A DNA stretch of 64,000 nucleotides. Origin: Ramazzottius varieornatus (Eukaryota > Animalia > Tardigrada). This document shows positions 24,683-38,454 of the stretch, in pieces (the stretch's first letter is position 1; each line of letters begins with the position of its first letter). The notes under the pieces were generated by a model. That model was given only the letters and a program-made list of their open reading frames with translations. It searched no databases and was not told the origin of the DNA. The position numbers and the translations under genes were made by a program. The stretch lies in contig BDGG01000012.1 of assembly GCA_001949185.1 (NCBI GenBank), positions 1,480,973 to 1,544,972 of the forward strand, read 5' to 3'.

Positions 24683-27491
24683 ATGGATGAGACGTACACC
24701 GTTGTTCCCGACGGAAAGGCGCTGCCCGTTGTCCTTCGTAATTGGCATTTGAGGCCCAGACCAAACAGTTGGCACGTTCATTTGGTTGGCATCAGCGCGG
24801 ATAATCCAGTCGACGCCCTCGAGCAGTATGAGTTTGTAACGTCCATCTTGAGGCAGCGTGTGAACAAGCATCGGATGCTCTCCGGCTCTGGAAGAACTTA
24901 CGAAGTACAAGGCCCATGCAACATGGACAAAATGCTAGCTTTGGGCTATCCCAAGATGCTCGCCAAGGTTTTCGCATCGGGCTTTCCAACGGAATGGAAG
25001 GAGTTTTTGAAAGACGAGGCGGAACGGCGAATGAATGAACAGTCCAGCAAGAAACCAGAAGGTCAATTTCTTTCCATATTTCTCTCTAACAAACCTGTGT
25101 ACTCTTCCCGTGGCTTGTTTTACAGACCAAGCGATGCCTTTGATTGTCACGAATGAAGTGGCTCAGCGAAAGTCCGACGGAACAAAGGCAACCATAAGTA
25201 TGCCTCAACCGGAAGTTGGTCAACGTATGGAAGCTACGTCGAACGAGGAGCCCGTGTTTCGAGTACCTGCGGTGCCTAAACGTCCGAAATTTTGCTCTGA
25301 ACGCTCCTCGCGCTCGGAGTCGGCTGCGGTGGAAAACGTAGCAGCTACATTGGCCACCGTGCAGCCTTCGATTGAAGTTCCGGCAGAACAACCCTTTGCT
25401 CAACCCAAACGACGTCCAGAAAAGCAAAGCAGACGAGATCAACCAGGTAAGGTATACGTATCAATGTATCTTGATGTCTGCACACGTTGTCCGTGTGTTG
25501 AAACTTCCAAAATTTTCGAAGATGTTGATGCGCGGTTTTGTTTCAGTGGTTTCGGACAGAGTGTTACGAACAAGACAGTTACCGGACGGAGTGTACGCCA
25601 TGGACAAGATGCTTGTAGATATGTGCAAGAGACGTGGTGCTGTCCAGCCTCCTGTCCTGCCTCCTGCGAAGCAACCTGTTAAGAAATGTGGTGTGGAAGA
25701 TGCTACAAACAAGAAACCGGCCGGCAAAAGTTAGCTTTGCTTTTCAGTTTTGACAATTTATCGTTTCACGGTAGTACGGACATAACATATGTTAAACCAA
25801 ACTCCGAACCAGTGCCGATGGAAATTCTTGCAGAACAAGCGAAAGACCCAAAAGCTCCAGAAGCTTCCCAGAAAGAGCGGGAGCCGAAGCGGCCAGCGAA
25901 ACGGCCAAAGAGGAAAGAAGCTTTAGAACCGATTACTGAATCGGTTATGATGGCCTCCAAACCAGCTGTCCAAAGAAAGAAGGAAATGCTTGTGACGAAC
26001 GTAACTCGACAAAAGATTGCGGAGGAAAGACCCAATCCAGCTGAAGAGTCGATGCTGCGGCGGTCGAGCAGACTGAACAGGAACGACAGCGTAGTCTGCT
26101 ATGTAGACAGTCCCGGTATGTCTTTTCCTGCTTCACAGAGCTTGTAGTTTTCACGTTTGGTACTCACAGTTCGGAACACGAAGCGCCGGGGACAGAAGCT
26201 CGTACCTGCAATACCGAACACGATGAAGAAAGCTCCAATATCGAAGACCGCGAAGAAGCAGTCTTTGAAACAACCGGAAATGCAGATTGTGGCGAGTGGT
26301 ATGTTGCAGTCCATTAATTTTTCAGCTGTACCTTTTCCACATCTAATTCAAATGGCAAAGTCCGTTATCACATATGTCGTTTGCAGTTCGAAAAATTGCT
26401 CCGGCAATCCGTAAAGGCGGCGAAAAGAAGAACCATACAGCCAAGCAGCCCAAAAGAGTTTCCGTCGATGTCGCAAAGAAAGTTCTACTGAAGAGGTCGA
26501 TACCGGCAAAGAGATCACCTATCAGCAAAAAAGGTAAGAATACTGTCCGGTCCAGGTCTGCAGATAATATCAGTTCTAGATATTTACTGTAATTTACAGA
26601 TCCACCGAGAACTCGTCGGCAACCTCCCAGAAGAAGTACCCGGAATTTCACCGTTATTGAAGAGTCGGGTTCTGAGGAGGAAGAGGAGGACTCACCGAGC
26701 ACACCGCCGACGGTCAAGAAAAAACCTAAACCCGGTACGGTCCGTGCTCCTGTTATGATGAGGGCTTTCTGTAATGTTTGGTTTTTATTCTAGCGTCGAA
26801 ACCTAGTGCGGTGAAGGTAACCAGGAAGTCCACACGACTCACAATCACGACTCCGGCGAAAAAGCGGGCAAGCATAGCAAGTGAGTTTGACGAATCGCTA
26901 GCGGTCTATTGAAAATTTTGTCGTTTTTTAGAGAAGATACTAACCGCATGCTCTATTTCAGAAAAGCAGGCTTCTCTGAGAAAGGCTCGTAAAGTTCCCG
27001 AAGCAAAGAAGACACCGGCAAACAAGAACCGAAACGTCGGATGGTGGCGCAAAGAGGTTAGTCAAGTGCAACAGCTACAGCAGAACGCAATACCCGCCAG
27101 GCTAAGGCAGAATGGTCTGTTCGCCTTGTCACCAAGCGTGGCAAACCTCAAGCTGGCGGAAGTGGACTGGGACATGGACGAAGTGGAAGACTTTGAACCA
27201 GTCGAACATACCGACACCACCCGGACCTTCCGCATGTCCGCACATTCGAGGAAAACCAAAAAGCGCGTTTCCGAGTTTGACTTCGAGCCCTCAAATGCCA
27301 AATCGGCCATGGAGCGACTTAACTTCCAAGGCTACCTCCAGAACGAGAAGCACAACGCCGTCAAGAACCCAATAGCCAAGCCGAGTACTAACAGCTCAAT
27401 ATGGAGTACTGGTGCCTCGGCTTCTGCTACTTATATGAATATCGTATTACCTTCTATTCCTGCTCAACTACGAGATGATGATGAATTCTAG
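24683..27491 (+). CDS. MIS18BP1: KNL2/M18BP1-like protein with N-terminal SANTA domain
   Basis: LRNWHL...VTSILRQRVNKHRMLSGSGRTYEVQG...GYPKMLAKVFASGFPTEWKEFL fits the SANTA consensus, followed by multi-exon basic disordered sequence; exon structure approximate. Confidence 0.75.
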
Positions 27492-27838
27492 AAATCGGTA
27501 TCCATAAACGTCCTTGCATATGTTATACGAACTCTTCTTTGTTTATTCTTTTAAGTTGAACAATTTCAGACATAGTGTGAGCTCCTGAAAACCTGCCTAT
27601 TACGGTCGTTTATTGCACGGATCTCCAACATTTAATCTGAAATTGTTTCCTAAGACTTTCAACTGCGCTTTTAATGCGTTATTTTCGTTGAACACTCTTC
27701 TGTTAAAATTATCAAGATCAAATCTTGTCGAAAAGCATACGCGTTTTCATAATTGTGTCAACTACTGACAAAAGTGAGCGTAGATTCATGAATACCATGT
27801 ACCGTAGATTGTACAAAACCAGAAAGAACTTACAGTCT

Positions 27839-28614
27839 TTATTTCTTGTGTATCGTCAGGCACTGGTTGATGACGTTTAACAGGTGGTCATTTTCCAGAG
27901 CAGCGGCGACTCGCTCCTTGTCCGATAGTTGCTTGTTCACTGCCGCCTCTGACACGTGGGAGCCTTCGTAAATCCGAACATCGACCTGGATCGAATAAAA
28001 AACGAAGTCATCGCAAAGACACGCCAAGTCTGCTTAGGTCTATTCGCTGCTGTAGTATGGGGGCATACTATGGGTAGCCGTTAGTCATACCTTGAATCGT
28101 TCCGGAAGCGATCGAAGAAGCTTCACTCTTATGGCGAGTCCAATCAGGGTGGCCATACTACAATGAGGGATGGTTGGTGTATAGTAGACAACCACTCGGT
28201 TCTTATCATCGTCCACCTAGACGAAAAGAGGTGCTGGCTTATAGCACAATAGCGTCCGTATATGCTGTTAAATTTGTGGCTGATAGAAACAATTTCGGAA
28301 TACTTCGCAATGGTCAATCTGGACGACATTAAGCTCCTCCAAGGTTAATGGATGTTCCGGGTCGTTGATTCTTCGTATCATGTCTACAAAGAGGTACGAC
28401 AGAATGCACGAATTGCAATTTCAAGTTCACTTCCGGTGCGAATCCGACCACAGTTAGCTAAACGAAAGGCTTACGACTTACCGAATACTTCCCGTCCATC
28501 GAATTTGTCCACCACATCGTCGTTCTGTTCAGCCTCAGTGAGCTCTCGTTGTGAGACGGATTCGTACACCAACGGATTAGAGTTGTCCAGTCCTTTTCGC
28601 GAAGCGACAGACAT
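27839..28614 (-). CDS. CIAO2B: Cytosolic Fe-S assembly component CIAO2B/FAM96B (MIP18)
   Basis: [72 protein letters not shown]. Confidence 0.95.
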
Positions 28615-29193
28615 TTTCAATTAGTTGGCTAAATATAACCTTCCCGAGAGAGAAAAAAGTTTCTCACGAACGAAGATGCGCCGATTCGATCCAGGAAAGA
28701 TAAGTTGCCTCGTAATGAGAGGTAAACTTCACCTTGTACAAACACGTTGGGATTCACCTGAAGCTTGGAGATACGGAGGAAGATGTCGCTTGCAAGCCAC
28801 GATAAGAAAACGCGGCGAACAAACAACTGGATTTGAAAATGGAATGGTATAAGCAGATCTGCATGTGCGCCTCTGGAGCTCGCCAAACCGTATGGCTGCG
28901 GTTCAGAAAGCAAGTCTTGGTGTGCTCCACAGCCGCCTGGCTCCTTGATCAAGATGGTCTCGTACAGTAATTCGTAAACCCAATCAACGTAGGACCATAC
29001 CTATTTAGATTTTACTGCAAGACTCCCGGGTTTGGACGATAAATTTCTTTTGAACTCTACCGAGACGATATCTTGCAATCACAGTAGTCATAACCCATGC
29101 TAAATGCTGACAACAGAAAAATAGTACATTCCACATCTGTGAGATCTTTAATGACAGAGCCGACCAAAAGAGAAAATAGCCTGAACTTCCCTG

Positions 29194-30372
29194 TCAGAGA
29201 TGACCATTCGAGAGTTCGCCGTTGGCATGAGCGGGGTTCGTAATACCGCGGTTCCTGTCGTACTCATCCGAGATGACAGAGAGCTGGACTGGCGATCCGC
29301 GGAAGCGAGCTTCCCATGCCTGATGTACATCATATTGTCCTCTCCACTGCGGATCGTAGTTTTCCCATAAATACACGCGTAGTTTGTAGGTCAACCACAA
29401 GCAGACCCACACGACGGGTATCACGATAAAGACCATCACAAAGTTGGCCCCTATTGCGAAAGCCGGGTGATGAATGTAGTCTTGGACTATGGGGTACACG
29501 TAAGGTTTGTTACGAGGTCCGGTGCCCTTTTGCACCCCGAAATACACGCCGGAGAAGGTCGCGTAAGCTGCTCCGTATATCATCGGCTGATAAACGTGGA
29601 GGAGCTGCATGGGCATGGCGTTCACCCAGAGATCAATTACAATGACAATGGCATTTATAAGGTGTACGTGAACGGTCGACGCGGAATATGCCGTTTTCCG
29701 ATCGGTTGGAACCAAGAACGCCCAGAAAACAAGGCAAACGATTATTGTAGCCGTCGCCCCAACGTTCCATAAGAGCCACTGTATCGCGAAATGCCAGGTT
29801 CGCCGCCGGTTGATTCTTCCTGGAAAAAACTCACGTCACTTCCGGGTCGGACAGTAACATAAGAACGATACGTACTTTGGCGTTTGACGACCAGTTCACG
29901 AACAACGTTGATGGCAGTAACGATCAGGTACAGAAGAAAGATTAAATATGTCCAGTTCGTCAGGTACAACAGCCATTTTACACGAGTTGATAATTCAGAG
30001 TATTGGCGGACAAAATGCGCGATTGAAAGACCCAGCCATATCACAAAATAGGCTGCAATGAACACTTTCCATATCAGGTACCACCGGAAACTGAAGACAC
30101 TCCACTGAAAAAGGATAGGAAATGAACCTTCACTGGGATGAAGGAACGAAAGATTTTTCACGTACACGAGCGAACAGTAAAATCCGATGACTTACTTGTG
30201 GATGCGTGAACGATCTGCGATTTCCCCGGTGAATATGAAATAGAAACTTGCCCCACTTGAGCTCCTTCTTCACCGCACGGATCGCCGACTTCCACACTGG
30301 TATTCGATGCTGATCAACGATTATAGGCTCCCGAACTACTTCCGGTGGATCCGGAGCAACGATTTCGGCCAT
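29194..30372 (-). CDS. Rolling stone-like multi-pass membrane protein
   Basis: SFTHPQ|W, KWLLYLTNWTY, HVHLINAIVIVIDL, LHVYQPMIYGAAYATFSGVY, PYVYPIVQDY motifs of the rost family. Confidence 0.85.
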
Positions 30373-30843
30373 CCATCTATAGTTGAGTGAGAATCAGTGT
30401 TCCGGATCGCGCTGCTAAGATCCTGATGGTAATGATGAACATCACTTTCCGGTCGAAAACAGTATAGCATCGAAGTCCCGAGCTACGAAGACAGTGGGGA
30501 AATCTCGCATAATTGTATAACGAAAGATAAATCCATCTTTTCGAAATGCAAAGTGCCTGCGGTAAAACGGGTAAATTAACAACCGTTCTACCTGCACCTG
30601 CAATATCGATCAGCGTGCTACTGCGTGAGATGTGTTATGCACAGGTAACCATCCAGAAAACAAGCACACACATCGGAGAACCGAAGTGTTGACTTTGTTG
30701 TTATTAGGTAACAGTAAACATAACACGGAAGTACTACAGCATTTAAGCCACGCCCTGACCTTCAATTTGGTCCTAAACTACAAGCCAACGAGACAGTTCA
30801 AAGCCTAATCGATGGCTAGTGAAATGGACAGCAAAACATAGAA

Positions 30844-33550
30844 CTACTGCGCTACTAGAGTTTCTTTAGACACACGGTCGAAGACAAAGATTAGCTCTAC
30901 GTTCTTCGTCTGAGGGAACAAATCCACTGGCGTACACCGCACGGGAACAAATGGAGTTTCTCCTCCACGTTCGAATCTCGCCCTATTCCTACACAACCTA
31001 GAAACATAACGCAACAGTTTTAGTGTCAGCCTGTTGGACTTTCACCACAAGGTTTTCCGAGAGTACTATAACTTCAGCATGTTCTTCCTTACCCGTAAAG
31101 GTTGCTTATGGTAAAGTCGTTGTCAGCGGCGCAGGCCACATACAAGAGCCGGTTGATCCGCGACTGTTTGCGCAAAGTATCCACTACGTTATTATGGACA
31201 CCGTTGCGAGGAGGATCCAGTATGACAGCAACGTCGTCGTCTGGCTCAAGCTTAGCCAGTACGCTGTCCAGCGCATCTTCAACTTTCGCGCAGATAAATT
31301 CGATGTTTTCCACTCCGTTGATCTTTGCATTCTCCACGGCATCGGCTACGGCGGCTTCGCCCAGCTCAATCCCGTACACCTTCTTGGCATGCTTAGCCAT
31401 GAGAATGCCTATCGTACCAGTTCCACAGCAGAGGTCCAGCACAATGGTCTTGGGCCTCAGCGACGCGGCTTCTATGAGGGTTGAGTAGAGTACTTCCGCC
31501 GCCGAGGTGTTCACTGTGGAAGAAAAACCACACAAACTTGGCTTTACTTCGTGGACCGTAGGTTCAAAACTGGCCAATAACAAGAATACTTCACTTACCT
31601 TGGAAGAACGCATCGGGAGAGATTTTGAACTGATATCCCATGAGTTCCTCGCCGAAAGACGCACCCTTCGAATTTAAAATATTTACGTGATCATAATTCA
31701 TCAACTTCGTACGTGTAATATACATTCCGGATGTTTCAAGAGAATTCTACGATGATGTATGCCACTAATATTTTCATAGGGAAAAACGACATGTACTGTT
31801 GATGTTTTGGATTTCCATACCTTCTCGCCGAATACCAGCTCTTCTTCCGTACGCATCGATCGCCGAGGACCTGACATCCTATAAAAGCCGCCCGTATACA
31901 GTAGTTTGTTCCACGATGAAGTATCAAAATTGTGAATATGGAAGCGTAGACCCACGTTTTATCGTCAAGGACCCAATACACAAAAGTCGGTCTCGACTCG
32001 ACCGGAAGTGCTTCGCAGTGACTTCGAAGTCTCTGTTTCTCTTCCACGAATTTCTCCGGCGACAGCCCTTGGGGATGCAGATGAATGTTAATCATTGAAT
32101 GCCCAGCTTTGTTCGTCCGGACAGTCAGCATATGATAGTGTCCCTTCCGGGTAGGATCATCAAAAGGCTCCAGCGTGGACGACCGGATGAAGTCTTGAAA
32201 GACCTGTGATGAACCAGGCTAAGAAACCTTGACTCTCTGCCGCAGCATTAGAATGACAGAGCCACTTGTGACAAACCTTGACGAGCTCTTTCATCCGGTC
32301 GTTGATGTGAAGGCATGCATCGGGATCGATCACCCAGAAGATGCCTTCTTTGTACTTTCCTAGCTTGAAGCCAATGGTCCGATCTCTGTTCGGCGCCACA
32401 CCAATGGAGAACTCGCATTTATTGCGGTATTTCTGTGGTTCTGGCTACCGAGAAGACATTAGCCGAGTTATCGCGGGAAGAAGATATTCGAGGAAGAACC
32501 TACAGATGGCTTGATTGGGTCCAGCTGACAGAGATGTCCTTTGGACTTCTTGAGCCACGGTAAGGTTCCTTGCGCGTTGTGGTTAAACTTCTTGTCGATC
32601 TTGCGAAGAATTTCCTTGGCGTGATTTTGCTTTGACTTCAGCTGGTCTTCGTAATTGAGGTGATGAAGGTTCGTGACGATGTCCAAAATTCTACTCAAAC
32701 AGAGAAAGATTAATACGGTAATAATGTCGTATGAAAACGAACACGGGTGAAATGTTGACCCCGCTGACTGTACACTTACTCTTCTTCGGGTGGTTTCGTA
32801 CTAGGCTGAAGCGTCCTTTTCTGATCTTGCTGTCGACCTCTGTAGTTCGGCTCGGGAGCTGCATCGGCAATCTAACAACGAAGGGGCAAAATCAATTCAT
32901 AGATGGGAAACCCCGAATTGATATACCGTACTTCACCTTTGCTGTCAATGAAGATCCACTGAAAGGAGTTGTAGATATCTTTCGAATAGCATCGTCGACT
33001 TCCTCCTTCTTTCTGGAACACGAAGAACAATAAGCTGCCATATTCTGACGAACTAACTGTCGATACAATGTGTAATTCGAATACTATCGGTTCCCGATCT
33101 GTATATGCGTACCGGAAAGTCAGATAGCAAGCAACAACTGCACCGTGTCTTCCTTTTCCTTGTGTAGGCTTCACTTTCGCTGGGTCCAGTCCCAGTTTCG
33201 AAAACCATTTCTTCAGTTGCTGGAAACAAAACCACATCACCGCTTCAATGAAGGTAGTACGCTGTATGTAGTCTAACTCCGGGTGAAACTTTTTGCGCTA
33301 ATCAATTGTACCGGTTGAGACTATATTCGCCCACCTTGAAACCAAAATACCGAGGCAGATTCTGAACGACTATTCGGAAAGAAGCGCTCTCGTTCGTCAC
33401 TTCAGCTTCGCCGTCCTTCGCATTATCGCCATCGTCGAGTTCAGCGTTATCTGTGTCAACCGATGGACGCTCCATCTCGGTATCTTCTTGCTTGTACTCA
33501 GTAGCGTCGATATGGACCACACTTCTTCCTCCTTCCACCGCAGCGTCCAT
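30844..33550 (-). CDS. TRMT2A: tRNA (uracil-5-)-methyltransferase TRMT2A-like
   Basis: N-terminal RRM-like QNLPRYFGFK; YRNKCEFSIG; VLDLCCGTGTIG; ILDPPRNG; YVAC; VDLFPQTKNVE. Confidence 0.93.
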
Positions 33551-34090
33551 GTCGCTGGTCTTGTATAGCGTTTTTTCCAGTGCGATCTCCTACACTCCAA
33601 GCCACAAAGTGATGGGATCAGGTAAGAATCCGTGAGATGAAGTTAGACGAAGGTAGATAAGGGGAATGTGGTTCATAAATAGCAAGCGACGGAAACCGAA
33701 AACTGAATTCTGTACACATTACCTGACATCTCTGTAGTATGTATTGCAACTCTGTCCGTTAACTTATATACTACCGAGAAAAACTACCCCGTCAAAGTGG
33801 CGCCGCGGAAGATTGGATAAGCCCTACCGCCCAAAGTCCCCAAACCCTCTTCCGACGAAAAACGACTGTAAACAGGAAAACTTCAGGAACCGCATAGTTT
33901 TTTGCAGCAATTCCTTCTCGGCTGAAGGTGTTGGCGGGTTTGTCACTTGCCAGTGTCAGAAAAGAACTGAAAATATGTGGTGGTTAGTGAAAGATGAATC
34001 ATAAAGGTCTAGAGTCCGGAGAACAGAGTCTAGAAGAACTAAGAGGTAATCCCACATGTGCACACGAACGAAGTGAAAATCGAAAGCTAA

Positions 34091-37000
34091 CTATATTTTT
34101 GAAACGAGCAATCCAAACAGAAAGAAAGCAAGCGCTGCAAGAACTCCGATCTTTAACATAAGGCGTACAAAAGGATTACGAGAAAAACTTTCTAAACAAT
34201 GGCGAACCCGAAGAGGCAAAGATCTGCTCGATACCACCGGCGGTAGCTTCGACCCAGGCACTGGAGGGTCAAGAAGCCGATCCTGCTTACGCCAACGAAC
34301 TGCTTTCGGACAAGGAACGTTATCACCAATTTCTCTCACAGCGTACCGCATTCGTCCGTAACAAAACCGAACAACCGCCTTCCAGTTCGGATCCTGCAAA
34401 ACGATACAATTATCACATACGATTCCATCAATTGGGTACTGTTGCCTACAGAGCAAATCGTTTATCGGACGTTATGGTACCTTGATAAGGGCGTACGGGT
34501 CGCCGACGATCATCAGTGTCTCCCGCGCTTTGGTCAGAGCCACGTTGATGAGTTTCGGTGAAGCAACGAAGCCCAGGAGACTTCGTAAGTCTCTTGCGTG
34601 TGGGGAGAACTCACGGACAGTACTGATTATGATGACGGGCTTTTCTTTACCCTGGTACTCATCCACGGTACCTAACATGGGGAACTCCCACGCCGGGTCG
34701 GCTTCCAGAAGCTGGTTCTTGATGCAGTCAACCTGCATGCACAGCAGAGAATAAGATCTCGTCTACATCGTACTCTTGCTCATCAAAAAAATGCGTGGTA
34801 CAGTAGGACAAAAAGATACCTGTAAGCGGTGGGGAGTGATAATCCCGATGTCGTTTTTCACATAGCCGGCATCCAGCAGAAGCTTCACCAGCTTCTGTAC
34901 GGTGATTACCTTGCCTTTGTTCGAGATAGAGAAGCTATTGAAGCGTCGTTGCTGCTTCGACTTCGACGGCCTGAACGTTATTCCTGACAACCACCATTCT
35001 TTTATCTGGCGACCTATAACGAGACGACAATCGGCATGACAATTTTCCCCACCCGCGAAAACTTCCAAACGAGTAGAATCTAGATGATCCTACCTTTTGG
35101 GTTCAACAGCTGTTTTCAAACATCCCGAGTAGAACAGATGGGACGAGATCTTCAATATACTAGCCGGAAGTAGGTAATTCATCTCCAGCTGAGCCGCTAT
35201 GTGAGGATGCGAATGCGTCTTGAAAACGCTCGTTCTGCCAAGTACCGTAGATTAGTAGACTGAGGAGACGTTCCATTAACGATGTCTGAAAATGAAAAAC
35301 AATGGTGGAAACTTCGGATTTGGAATCTCTCAAGGATTCTTTTTCAAGTGGCGCACGTTTTCAGTGTTTTTGCTGAAAACGTGCGCCACTTAGAAAACTG
35401 TCCTGTTGAGATCGAATGCCGGGATCGCATTTGGGTAGTTTTTCCGTCATACTCACCTCTAGTCCAAATTCCACAGCAATTTCCGAGTTGATCTGAGCGC
35501 CAAGTTGCATCGGGTCTCCAGCTACGATGATCTTGACCGGTTCTGTTCGCTGACCTGCTGCTATTGTGATAGGTATTAGGACTTCCGGCTCCGAGGCGCA
35601 GGCTGCCTCGTCGATGATTACGTGCGTGAAAGACAGCTTGGCTGCGTGGACTGCAGAAGCGCATGTAGTAAGAATAATCCGATGGTTCTCGGCGATGCAC
35701 CTGTCTTGGCCGAACTGGCAGCACGGTTGGACGTCCCAGGGAACTGAATCAAAGGACCTCGAACCTGCCAGCAGCCGCACCATGTTGTTCCTGTGCATCA
35801 GGCCTGTCCGGAACAGAAGGGAGGCAAGGTGGTCGACAGCATTGTTGGTTGGAGCGCAGACCAGCAAGCGATGGGTAGTGTCGCTTAGGAAAACTTGGAG
35901 AACCACCTCAAGAAGAGTGACACTCTTCCCCGTTCCTGCATGAGCCATACAAGAAAATTTCCAAAATCGTGAATGCGTCTTGAAGATGGTCCACAGTCCA
36001 GCAACGTTGCGGTCCAGTTCAGTGGGAAACAGGATCTTTCTGAAGAGTTCTCCACTGGCGACCTCAACGGCGTAGTGCTGCCTGATGAAGCAGGTCCGCT
36101 CCAGTATGAAAGTCACATGCAGAGGGGCGGAAGCTGTAAGGAAACTGGGCTCGGGACGGTCCAGAAGATTCACGACGATACAGTCAGGTTCGATCTATAA
36201 CAAACTAAATTCTTCATCAAAAATTCAAAATGAATTTCATGAGATATTCTTGACCGGGAACCCATAATAATAAGTCTATGTATGAAGAGAAGGGTACTTC
36301 AGTGACCATTCCTTTGTACGACTTTAAAGACTTGCCGTAACTGACTCTATTCAGAGTAATACGATCACTTTCCCAGCAAAACGGAGTGTTTGCTTCTGCT
36401 CCAACGTCCAGCATAAGCCGAATCTTGTTGAAGTTCAACGGAACAATGACCCCCGTCTAGAAAAAGGAAGCGGTTAGATCGTTATAGTTTAGCTCGTCCA
36501 CAAAGTAGGATGAAGAATCTACCAGGATGCGGTCCAATGTTCGCTGTGAAAATATTCTGCTGAACTCTTCGAGATGAAGCAGCAGATGCATTCTCTCCTT
36601 ATAGTACTCCATCGTCAACGGTTCCTTCAGTACTGGCAAACGTTCGTACAGCTCTTTCCTCGGAGGATCCGTATTGAGGAAGTCCATGAGACCAGCAGGT
36701 ATTCGGAAGTCGTATCCTATCTGGTCCATCCTGCAGAAAGAACGCATTGAAGGAGAGAAACTGCATAAAATGAAAAAGATGGTCCTGTCGTTGACTGGGA
36801 GTAGTCGAAGGTCCGTCATTTCCTTCGTTCGGTACTTGTCATCGGCCAGCATCTGTCGACGTGCTTGAATGTAGTTCATGTCGGGACTAGCCACAACATT
36901 AAAGCAGTCTTTCCCGTCCTTGTCCAGAACGTTAGCTGTAAAGTCGCACTGCAGGTCCACGTTGGTGTCCACGTGCAGCTGAACCAGGAAGTTCCACTGC

Positions 37001-37979
37001 CCGACTATGGCTGCGTTGAACATGACGATGATGCAGATGGTGGAACCGGGTGTGATAATCGCGCCAATGTGGCGTCCATTCACGTACTCGGCGCTGGGGA
37101 AGAATCGAAGACTGGCAGGAACTGCCTTTCCGTCGGTGGTTTCGAGATGTAGCTGGGATATCCGGATGCACCCTCGTCTGTCAGCGAAGCAACCGACAAC
37201 TTTTATCGTCTGTAGACATCGCGCAGTCAAACCATCAAAGTTCCTGAAAACAAAATTCTCGTACCGGAAGTGAAGCAAAAATTTGGTTTAAGGCATACCT
37301 CAGTTTGATAGTCGTGTACATCACTCTTTCAGGCTCAAGGGAGCAGAAGTTGCATTCCGATGCTTCGCAGGAAACCAGTCCGCCGGTATAGATCGGAAGC
37401 TGCTGCGCCAGTCTGGAAAACACCAATATGAAAGTGCGTCTTATGCGTCACTTTCCCACGTTTACTCCGAGATTACCTGTTGCGTCGGCGAGCATCCTGT
37501 CGTAGGTCGTAAACTCTCCAACTGCATCCTTCCGGCTGAGAGCTTTCCACTACCGACAGTACATAAGGTACACAATGCTTCGGTCTTTTGTGGCCGAGTG
37601 CGACAAGGAAGGAGAGATTGCATCCCATGGAGTTGTTAAAGATGACATACGTTTCGTCGTACAGTTTATCCACAATCTGAGTAAGGTAAGACTCTGTTCC
37701 AACGCTGGCATCTTGGCGGAGATAATCTACAACATCCGGCTCGATGAGGTCGAGTGAGTTTGATGGTTTACGACCAGGCTTTGGAAGGATTCTCACATGA
37801 TCTCCAGCGAAAGGCCTTGGATGCAGATCCGCGAGAATCTTTATCTTTTCTGACACACCGTCCGGCAAACCTCGTGGTATGATGTAGGTAACTTCTGGGC
37901 TTTGTTATTCAGATGTAGTCACGCAGGTATCAACTACGATGTATCGGAACTGCGGAAAACGCTCACGAAGTTTCCTCAT
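34091..37979 (-). pseudogene. MOV10/MOV10L1 (Armitage/SDE3)-like SF1 RNA helicase, apparently disrupted
   Basis: YKERMHLLLHLEE, LLVCAPTNNAVDHL, FTHVIIDEAACASEPE, AGDPMQLG, DIGIITP, GTVDEYQGKEK, DPNWKAVVRFC. Lesions: in-frame TAA 37907-37905, missing Q-motif/GPP before GTGKS, frameshift near 35215, motif VI altered. Confidence 0.8.
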
Positions 37980-38454
37980 GATCCATCAGACATGTACATA
38001 TCCCCATAGGGTTCCCTCAGTCTTCTCCGGATCCGTTAGTCAGTCGTTCTGCCAGCCTTAGCTACACCGTCTGAACGAAAGATGAGCCTATAAGAAACCG
38101 AAACACTCCGGCAAAACGATAAGGGAACGACAAGTACATTTAGATTACAGATTTGAAATATGGATGTCGGACAGCGTCCAGCTTATCAGTAATCAAGATG
38201 CAGCACAAACAAAAGGTTAGCGCGTGATGTAAGGTGGAATGTATGTAATGTCATAATGATATCGGGGGTTGGATAAATTTACTTCTGGATTCGCTAAAAT
38301 CTTCCAGAAATTTTATAAGCACCAGAAAAAAAGCACTCCGCAGTTCGTAAGAGGAACTGCAAAATCAGAAGGATTAAAACCAAAACATGTGCTAAAGTAT
38401 ATAGATCATCCCGTATCAAAAGGTCTCTGAACTATAGTAGTCTGAAGTGGCTAG

